A stretch of 64,000 bases of DNA from an uncultured Chloroflexia bacterium (lineage in GTDB: Bacteria > Chloroflexota > Limnocylindria > Limnocylindrales > CSP1-4): positions 384,001-448,000 of the forward strand of contig CAWHDR010000001.1 in assembly GCA_963828165.1 (NCBI GenBank). The letters run 5' to 3'. Below the pieces are notes generated by a model that was not told the DNA's origin, searched no databases, and was given only the letters and a program-made list of their open reading frames with translations. The position numbers and the translations under genes are program-made. Below, piece by piece: positions 57,172 to 64,000 of this stretch. Within the stretch, counting starts at the first letter, position 1. Each line of letters opens with the position of its first letter.

Positions 57172-57825
57172 TCATCCGTCGAGCGCGGCCGCCTCCGCGC
57201 TGATCGCGATGACTCCCAGCCGCGCGAGCCTGGCCGCCGTGTCGCGCCGGCGGACCGTCCAGGCGGCGACCTGGAGTCCGGCGGCCCGGGCCCTTGCCAG
57301 GGACGCCGGATCGATGGCGTGCCACTCCACGGAGATCGCCCGACAGTCGAGCTCCGTCGCGACCACGATCGTCGCCGGCTCCAGGTCCGGGGCGTTCAGC
57401 CACCGCGGCCAGGTGGGGACGAGGCCCGCGACGCGCTCGAGCGTGTCGGGCTTGAAGGATGAGACCACGGCATTCACCAGGCTGGGCCCGCGGCCCGCGG
57501 CCAGGACCTCGACGACCGCCCGGTCATGGCGGCCCTTCAGCTCGACATCGAGGAACGCGCGATGCGGGATCGTGGCCAGGACATCGGCAAGACTCGGGAC
57601 GCCAAGGTCCTCGAGCGCCCGGGCTCGCAACTCGCCGACGAGCTCGGGCCGGCCCTGAACGCGCGCGAGGGTCTTGTCGTGGAGCAGCACCGGGACCCCG
57701 TCCGCTGCCAGACGGACGTCGAATTCGAGGCCGTCGCAGGCCGGAACCTCGAGCGCAGCGACGAGCGCTGGGAGCGTGTTCTCCGGGGCGCGCCGCCAGT
57801 CGCCGCGATGGGCCAGTCGAAGCAC
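57172..57825 (-). CDS. Glycerophosphodiester phosphodiesterase
   Basis: AHRG, APENTL, LEFDVRL..DG.PVLLHD, DVELK, VSSF, AWTV. Confidence 0.9.
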   Translation of the reverse strand: MLRLAHRGDWRRAPENTLPALVAALEVPACDGLEFDVRLAADGVPVLLHDKTLARVQGRPELVGELRARALEDLGVPSLADVLATIPHRAFLDVELKGRHDRAVVEVLAAGRGPSLVNAVVSSFKPDTLERVAGLVPTWPRWLNAPDLEPATIVVATELDCRAISVEWHAIDPASLARARAAGLQVAAWTVRRRDTAARLARLGVIAISAEAAALDG

Positions 57826-57833
57826 GCGTGCCC

Positions 57834-59033
57834 TCAGTGCCTGCCGTTGCCGGCGATGGGGACGGCGAACGAGAAGGTCGAGCCGGATCCCTCCGAGGAT
57901 TCGACCCAGATGCGCCCGCCGTGCTGCTCCACGACGTGCCGCGCGATCGCGAGGCCCAGGCCGGTGCCACCACCCGCCTCGGCCCGCATGCGGGCCCGAT
58001 CGACCTTGTAGAACCGCTCGAAGATCCGGCCCTGGGCGTCGCGCGGGATCCCGACCCCGTGATCCTGGACCGACGTGACGATGTCCTCGCCCTCGTGATC
58101 CGCCCGGACCACGATCTCGCCGCCGTCCGGGCTGAACTTCACGGCGTTGTGGACGAGATTCACGACGACCTGGCCCAATCGGGCGGCATCGCCTCGGATG
58201 GGCGGCAGGCCATCGGGCGCCTCGACCCTGAGCGTGACGCCCTGGCGATCGGCGAACAATCGGAGGCGCTCGGCCGACTGCGACGCGAGCCGGCCCATGT
58301 CCAGCCCATCGACCAGCGCGAGGGTGTTGCCGCTCTCGATGCGCGACAGGTCCATGAGCTCGTTGACCATCTGCACGAGGTGCCCGGTCTCGACTTCGAT
58401 CTTGCCGATGCGGTCGCGCATCTTGGGTGGCAGCACCACGTCCGGACCGTCCGCCTCGCGCGACAGCGTCTCGGCAAGGAGGCTCACCGTCGTGAGCGGT
58501 GTCCGGAGCTCGTGCGACAGGTTGTCGATGAATTCGGTCCGGATCCGCTGCAGGCGGCGCAGCTCGGAGACGTCGTCCACGATCAGCCACAGGCCGCTCG
58601 CGTGCGCCCGTCGAGCGAGCACGGTCAGCATCGGACCATCGGCATCGGCCCGGCGGACCTCCGTGCGCGCCGTGCCATTGGCGAGGGCCGCCTGCGCCAT
58701 CGACTCCACCGACGCATCGAGGAACGCCTCCATCACCGATCGACCCACGAGCGTCCCGGGCGCCCGGCCGAGAAGCGCGTGGGCGGCAGCGTTCGCCGAA
58801 AGGACGCGCAGGCCGCGATCCACCCGAACGATCCCCGAGCCCAACGCCCCCAGCAGTGCGGCCTGCTCCGCGGAGGCCCCGGCGATCTCGTCATCTCGCT
58901 GGGCCACGTCGGACCGAAGCCGCCTGATCTCGGCCTGCGATCGGGTCAGGACGCGATCATTGCGGATGGCGATGCCCGCGACCACGAACGCGATGACGGT
59001 CAGCCCAACGCTGATGACGATCCACGGGTCCAC
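57834..59033 (-). CDS. PhoR/SenX3-like sensor histidine kinase (TM-PAS-HisKA-HATPase)
   Basis: DVSELRRLQRIRTEFIDNLSHELRTPLT, NLVHNAVKF, D.GVGIP, IFERFYKVD, GGTGLGLAI. Confidence 0.9.
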   Translation of the reverse strand: MDPWIVISVGLTVIAFVVAGIAIRNDRVLTRSQAEIRRLRSDVAQRDDEIAGASAEQAALLGALGSGIVRVDRGLRVLSANAAAHALLGRAPGTLVGRSVMEAFLDASVESMAQAALANGTARTEVRRADADGPMLTVLARRAHASGLWLIVDDVSELRRLQRIRTEFIDNLSHELRTPLTTVSLLAETLSREADGPDVVLPPKMRDRIGKIEVETGHLVQMVNELMDLSRIESGNTLALVDGLDMGRLASQSAERLRLFADRQGVTLRVEAPDGLPPIRGDAARLGQVVVNLVHNAVKFSPDGGEIVVRADHEGEDIVTSVQDHGVGIPRDAQGRIFERFYKVDRARMRAEAGGGTGLGLAIARHVVEQHGGRIWVESSEGSGSTFSFAVPIAGNGRH

Positions 59034-59085
59034 GGGTCGAGCATCGCACAGCCTGCGGCTCGCCGGTCAGGGAGCACGGCCGCGG

Positions 59086-60144
59086 TCAATCGTCGCCGCT
59101 GCGTCGGCCGACCCGAGCTCCCCACGGCGCCAGACGCGGGATGAGGTCCCCCAGCCAGGGGGCCGCATGACGCTCGAACTCGCGGGCCGGGAACGCGTGG
59201 CGGAGGACGAGCAGGTGAGCCATCCGGGCCGCCGCGCGCCGCGCCGGCACGCCATGGCGGTCTCCGACCCGCTCCACCGCATCGATCGCCGCTGCCGCGT
59301 CGGCCGACGCGAGCTCGCTCGAGACGCGCAGCGCGTCGTCCTCTTCGGGCGATGTCGCACGCGGCCAGGGCGGCGCGCCGAGGCGCTCCCTCGTGCCGGT
59401 CGACGCGAGCGAACGGACACCCTCCGCGGTAAGGGCTTGAAGTCGCTCCAGGAGCTCCCCGACCGCGTTCGTGGCCGGCCCATAGCGCGGTTGCCCGACA
59501 GCCGCCTCCCAGCCACGGGTCAGTCGCTCGCGAGCGCGCGGTCCGGCCGGATCGCCCAGCAACGTCTCGAGGATGTCGCCGAGGACGATGTCCGCAAGCT
59601 GACCTACGACGGCGTCGCGGGTCGCGAGGTCGCGTCGCGCTGCAGGCGGCAGGTTGGCGATGGCCGCGCGCTCGGCCCGCTCGATCACCTCGTCCAGCTC
59701 AGGTGGCACGAAGCGCCGGAGCGTGGCGAGGAACGCGATCGGGGCGGGCTCCGCGAGCGCCAGGCGATCGAGTTCGTCGCGCGTGAGCCGGCCCACACGC
59801 TCGACGACCGCGGTCACCCGCTCGGCTGTGGTCGGCGGCCGGCGGACCGGACGCCAGGCCGTGGCCGACCAGTCAGGCCGACCGGACGCGCGTGGCGATC
59901 GACCGGAGCGGATCCCGTCGGCGCGCTCGCGGTCGTAGCGACGACGCAGCTCCGGGTCGCTCAGCCAGTCGTGGGCGACGTTGATCCGCTTCGCGAGCTC
60001 GAGGGCTTCCGGCCCGGCGATATCCGGGTGGTGCTTGCGCAGGAGGCCACGCCAGGCCAGGTCGATCGCCTCCGCGCTGGCGTCGCGGGGCACCCCAAGC
60101 CGGGCATACAGATCGTCGCCGGGGAGGGTCTGGCGTGGCGGCAT
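59086..60144 (-). CDS. J-domain (DnaJ class C) protein with unknown C-terminal region
   Basis: DLYARLGV, RKHHPD, INVAHDWLSDPELRRRYD. Confidence 0.85.
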   Translation of the reverse strand: MPPRQTLPGDDLYARLGVPRDASAEAIDLAWRGLLRKHHPDIAGPEALELAKRINVAHDWLSDPELRRRYDRERADGIRSGRSPRASGRPDWSATAWRPVRRPPTTAERVTAVVERVGRLTRDELDRLALAEPAPIAFLATLRRFVPPELDEVIERAERAAIANLPPAARRDLATRDAVVGQLADIVLGDILETLLGDPAGPRARERLTRGWEAAVGQPRYGPATNAVGELLERLQALTAEGVRSLASTGTRERLGAPPWPRATSPEEDDALRVSSELASADAAAAIDAVERVGDRHGVPARRAAARMAHLLVLRHAFPAREFERHAAPWLGDLIPRLAPWGARVGRRSGDD

Positions 60145-60195
60145 GACGTCGACATCGTAGTGGTCCGGCCGGGCGCGTCTCGCTATGCTCAGGCC

Positions 60196-60861
60196 ATGCG
60201 GCCGATGGCCGGTGGGGAGTCGAAGGGGATCGCCGTGAGCTTCATCAAGCGGGCCCAGGAAGCTGCCGCGCAGGCCGCCGAGGCTGCGCGGGTGAAGGCG
60301 CAGGAGGCCAGCGGCCAGATGAGCGGCACCGCCGGCGCCGGCGGCACGGGTGGCGCGGCCGGCACGGGGGGCACGCCCGGCCCGGACGGCTCCGTGAGCG
60401 AGGCGCTCACCCAGGACATGCTCGTCAAGCGCCTGTCAAGCACGGGCGCCAGCGCGCGCGAGGCGCTCGGGGTCGCAAAGCGGGGCATGAGCACGGTGAT
60501 CGAGAAGATCGATCCAGGAACGCTCGCGGAGCTGGTCATCAAGGCGACCGCCCTCCAGGAGATGACGAACAGATCGCTCCGCCTGAAGGGCTCGCCGTAC
60601 CGCATCGCCGAGATCTCGATCTCCGCCTCGATCCCACCGGCGGTCAGCTTCGCGATCCAGCGTCTGGAGGACGAACCCGAGGAACTTGGAGCCGACGTGG
60701 TGCCCTCGAGCGAGCTCGTCGAGCAGATCGTCGAAAGCGGAGACCTCGTCCTCGCGCTCGATGGGACGACCGTCGATCCCAGCGGTGTCGTCGATCCGCT
60801 CGAAGTCGACGGAACCCGTGGGGCGATGCCGCCGAGCGGCATCTCGAGCGACGGGAGCTAG
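60196..60861 (+). CDS. Hypothetical protein (start 60196 or GTG 60235)
   Basis: TATGCT 6 nt before ATG; GC3-biased codons; helical N-terminus, Gly-rich linker, globular core, acidic tail. Confidence 0.65.
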   Translation: MRPMAGGESKGIAVSFIKRAQEAAAQAAEAARVKAQEASGQMSGTAGAGGTGGAAGTGGTPGPDGSVSEALTQDMLVKRLSSTGASAREALGVAKRGMSTVIEKIDPGTLAELVIKATALQEMTNRSLRLKGSPYRIAEISISASIPPAVSFAIQRLEDEPEELGADVVPSSELVEQIVESGDLVLALDGTTVDPSGVVDPLEVDGTRGAMPPSGISSDGS

Positions 60862-62576
60862 CGCCCGGGTGTGAACCCGTTCGCGATCAGTTCCTCGACC
60901 TCCTCGATCGGGCGGGTCGAGCGTTCGCCGGTCGCTCGCTCGGTGACCTCGACGCCGCCGGCAGCCAGGGAGCGCGGCGACACCGTCAGGATCCAGGGCA
61001 TCCCAAGCAGCTCGGCGTCGGTGAACTTGACGCCCGGCGATTCGTCACGGTCGTCCCAGAGGATCTCGTGCCGCGGCCCGGCCTCCTCCGCGAGCGCGTG
61101 CAGCCGCTCTGCGATCTCGGTGACGCGCGGCTCCTTGGCCCCGCCGATCGACACGAGGTGGGCCGCGTAGGGCGCGACCTCGGCCGGCCAGACGATTCCC
61201 TTGTCGTCGTGATGCGCCTCGACGATGCAGGCGACGTTCCGCCCGACCCCGATGCCATACGAACCCATGACGATGGGGTGCGCCTGGCCATCCTCGCCGA
61301 GATAGGTCGCGCCGGCGGCGTCGGTGAACTTCGTACCGAGCTTGAAGATGTTCCCGACTTCGATCCCGTTGCGCAGGATGACGGGCTTGCCGCAGGTCGG
61401 GCAGGCGTCGCCCTCCTGGGCGTTCGTGATATCGGCGGTCACGTCCGGGGTGAAGTCCCGACCGACGTTGACGTTGCGGTAATGGAAGCCTTCGCGGTTG
61501 GCGCCGGCAATCAGGTTCGGTGACCGAGCGACCAGATCGTCAACCACGACGACGGTGTCGCGTGCACCGATCGGCGATCCATAGCCCGGCTCCATGCCGG
61601 CCCCCTTGATCTCCTCGACGGTCGCGGGGCGCATCCCACCGATCGCCTTGACCGCGTTCCCGAGCTTGGTCTCGTTGACCTCGTGGTCACCGCGGACGAT
61701 GGCCGTCGCCAGCCGACCGTCGCCGGTCATGAAGAAGGCGGCCTTGGCGGTGCGCTCCGCGCCAACGCCGAGGAACTCGGCGAGCGACGCGATGGTCGTC
61801 GTCCCGGGTGTCGCGACCTCCTCGAGGGCCAGCGGCTGCTCGGGTGCGGGGTCGGGCTTGCCCACGTTCGCGACCTGGCGATTCGCGGCGTAGCCGCACG
61901 CCTCGCAGATGACGAGGACGTCCTCGCCGGCAGGGTTGAGGAACATGAACTCATGGGCCTGCGATCCGCCCATGATCCCGACGTCGGAGGCCACCGCGAC
62001 GGTGTCCAGGCCGAGGCGCTCGAAGGTTCGGACGTACGCACCGTGCTGCGCGTCGTAGCTGGCATCCAGGCCGGCCTGGTCAAGGTCGCAGCTGTAGGCG
62101 TCCTTCATCACGAACTCGCGCACGCGGATCAGACCGCCGCGGGCGCGTGGCTCGTCGCGCCACTTCGTCTGGAAGTGATAGACCTGCATCGGGAGCTGGC
62201 GATAGGACTTGACGATGTCGGCGAGGAGGATGCCGACGACCTCCTCATGCGTCATCGCCAGGACCATATCCCGGCCGTTGCGGTCCTTGAACCTCCCCAG
62301 CTCAGGGCCGATCGCGTCGTAGCGGCCGCTGGCTCGCCAGATGTCGGCCGGGTGGACGACCGGCATCTCCATCTCCTGGCCGCCGATACGGTCCTGCTCC
62401 TCCCGGATGACCTGCTCGACCCGGTCGCTGACCTTCTTGCCAAGTGGCAGCAGCGAGTAGATACCGGAGCCGAGCTGGCGCACGTAGCCCGCCCGTACGA
62501 GGAGCCGGTGGGACGGCATCTCGGCCTCGGTCGGATCGTCGCGGAGCGTGGCGAAGAAGAGGTGGGAGAGTCGCAT
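60858..62576 (-). CDS. proS: Proline--tRNA ligase, bacterial type with INS editing domain
   Basis: SHRLLVRAGY, THEE, RDEPRARGGLIRVREFVMKDAY, GIEVGNIFKLGTKF, MGSYGIG. Confidence 0.97.
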   Translation of the reverse strand: MRLSHLFFATLRDDPTEAEMPSHRLLVRAGYVRQLGSGIYSLLPLGKKVSDRVEQVIREEQDRIGGQEMEMPVVHPADIWRASGRYDAIGPELGRFKDRNGRDMVLAMTHEEVVGILLADIVKSYRQLPMQVYHFQTKWRDEPRARGGLIRVREFVMKDAYSCDLDQAGLDASYDAQHGAYVRTFERLGLDTVAVASDVGIMGGSQAHEFMFLNPAGEDVLVICEACGYAANRQVANVGKPDPAPEQPLALEEVATPGTTTIASLAEFLGVGAERTAKAAFFMTGDGRLATAIVRGDHEVNETKLGNAVKAIGGMRPATVEEIKGAGMEPGYGSPIGARDTVVVVDDLVARSPNLIAGANREGFHYRNVNVGRDFTPDVTADITNAQEGDACPTCGKPVILRNGIEVGNIFKLGTKFTDAAGATYLGEDGQAHPIVMGSYGIGVGRNVACIVEAHHDDKGIVWPAEVAPYAAHLVSIGGAKEPRVTEIAERLHALAEEAGPRHEILWDDRDESPGVKFTDAELLGMPWILTVSPRSLAAGGVEVTERATGERSTRPIEEVEELIANGFTPGR

Positions 62577-62718
62577 GGCCGGGTAAGGATAGCGGCCGAT
62601 GCCTGGGCCGGCGGCATCGGCGCCGTCCGGGCCGGCCGCGGCATTACCATCGTGGTAACGACACGCCTCGCGCCGCTCCCCTTGCCCGACCCATCCCGCC
62701 CCGGAGGCCCACGACCAG

Positions 62719-63720
62719 TTGGAAGGCGTCACGTTCGCGCTCGTCGTGGTCATCGTCCTCGCGGTGGCCTTCGACTACATCAACGGATTCCATGACACCG
62801 CGAACGCCATCGCGACGTCGGTGGCGACCCGGGCCCTGAGCCCGCGCCATGCGATCCTCATGGCTGCGTCGTTCAACTTCGTCGGCGCGTTCGCCGGGAC
62901 GGCCGTGGCCAAGACCATCGGCAGCGGCCTGGTCGACGAGGCCACCACGACGCAGTCCGTGGTCGCCGCAGCCCTCGTCGGGGCGATCACGTGGAACCTG
63001 ATCACCTGGTACAGGGGCCTGCCGAGCTCGAGCTCGCATGCCTTGATCGGCGGCCTGCTCGGGGCGACCATCTTTGCGGCCGGGACCGGCGCGTTCAAGA
63101 TCGACGGGATCACCAGCAAGGTGCTGATCCCGATGGTGGTTTCGCCATTCCTCGGCTTCACGATCGCCTTCACGTTGATGCTGGCGCTGTACTGGCTCTT
63201 CCGGAACGCGAAACGGAAGCCCATGGCGCGGATCTTCCGAAGGCTGCAGCTGCTCTCGGCGGGCTACATGGCCTTCAGCCATGGCTCGAACGACGCGCAG
63301 AAGACGATGGGCATCATCACGCTCGCTCTGTTCTCGGCGGGCGTCATCCCGACGAACGACGTTCCGCTGTGGGTGATCGTCGTCGCGGCGACCGCCATGT
63401 CGCTCGGGACGGCCGTGGGCGGCTGGCGGATCATGCGAACGATGGGCCAGCGGGTGGCCGAGCTGGAGCCGGTCCACGGCTTCGCGGCCGAGACCACGGC
63501 TGCGACGATCCTCCTCGGGACCGCCCAGCTCGGGATGCCGGTCTCCACGACGCACATCATCTCCAGCGCCATCATGGGCGTCGGCTCGGCGCGCGGACCG
63601 AAGGGTGTTCGGTGGGGCGTCGCCCGGCGGATCCTGCTGGCCTGGATCATCACCATCCCGGCCGCGGGCACCGTCGCCGCGCTGTCGTGGTTCGTCCTGC
63701 ATACCATCGGCTTCGGCTGA
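62719..63720 (+). CDS. pit: Inorganic phosphate transporter, PiT family
   Basis: NGFHDTANAIAT, GLPSSSSHALIG, HGSNDAQK, GMPVSTTH. Confidence 0.95.
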   Translation: MEGVTFALVVVIVLAVAFDYINGFHDTANAIATSVATRALSPRHAILMAASFNFVGAFAGTAVAKTIGSGLVDEATTTQSVVAAALVGAITWNLITWYRGLPSSSSHALIGGLLGATIFAAGTGAFKIDGITSKVLIPMVVSPFLGFTIAFTLMLALYWLFRNAKRKPMARIFRRLQLLSAGYMAFSHGSNDAQKTMGIITLALFSAGVIPTNDVPLWVIVVAATAMSLGTAVGGWRIMRTMGQRVAELEPVHGFAAETTAATILLGTAQLGMPVSTTHIISSAIMGVGSARGPKGVRWGVARRILLAWIITIPAAGTVAALSWFVLHTIGFG

Positions 63721-63734
63721 ATGAGGAGACACCG

Positions 63735-64000
63735 ATGACGTTCCGCCTGCTCCCCAAGGACGTGCGCTTCTTCGACCTGTTCGTCGCGGCCGGCGAGAAC
63801 CTGCACGCGGCGGCGACCCGTCTCCACGAGATGGTGACGAGCTACGAGAACCTCAACGAGCACGTGGTCGAGATCCAGCGGCTCGAGAAGGCCGGTGACG
63901 GGATCGACCGCGAGATCAACCAGCGGCTCGAAGATGCCTTCATCACGCCCTTCGACCGTGAGGACATCCACGAGCTGACCGTCCAGCTCGACGACGTCGT
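63735..64000 (+). CDS. DUF47 (PhoU-like PiT accessory) protein, 3' end outside window
   Basis: GAGGAG SD; FRLLPKD..FFDLF, LEKAGD, FITPFDREDIHEL..LDD. Confidence 0.92.
   Translation, partial: MTFRLLPKDVRFFDLFVAAGENLHAAATRLHEMVTSYENLNEHVVEIQRLEKAGDGIDREINQRLEDAFITPFDREDIHELTVQLDDV

Noticed and set aside
62576-62719. T-box leader for proS
   Set aside because: No T-box consensus or terminator; a TATCCT -10 lies 9 nt before the ATG, leaving no room for a leader
267-63971. Many long antisense or alternate-frame ORFs (e.g. 14984..17944, 18033..20336, 27337..29364, 42446..44122, most of 58147..60195)
   Set aside because: Shadow ORFs expected at this GC content; Arg/Gly/Pro-rich, no motifs, and they overlap well-supported genes

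Overview
High-GC bacterial chromosomal segment, densely coding, with no rRNA, tRNA, CRISPR array, transposase or prophage gene that I can support. Gene style and content suggest Chloroflexota or an actinobacterium-like monoderm (inference only). Content in order: trxB, ABC exporter and osmC; a candidate ~210-nt structured ncRNA; an ArgR-controlled argCJBRG operon with argH displaced; lhgO and add; many transporters; a split aldehyde dehydrogenase pair and deoC; a five-gene methyltransferase / FAD-oxidoreductase / NUDIX / START-cyclase / ketosynthase operon; MerR-MFS; two anchored cupredoxins; a catalytically degenerate ATP-dependent ligase domain; and a ~21-kb phosphate/polyphosphate/arsenic region (ppk1, CYTH-CHAD, ppx, a histone-H1/AlgP-like protein, pstSCAB-phoU-arsC-sixA, arsR / small Cys protein / arsM, GDPD, PhoR-like kinase, J-domain protein, pit, DUF47) that also contains proS. 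The best candidates for undescribed systems are (1) the minimal KS + cyclase lipid/quinone-like cluster, (2) the H1-like protein inside the polyP locus and (3) the structured intergenic RNA. Several frameshifts and substitutions look like long-read consensus errors. All product calls come from recognising motifs by eye; no database search was run.
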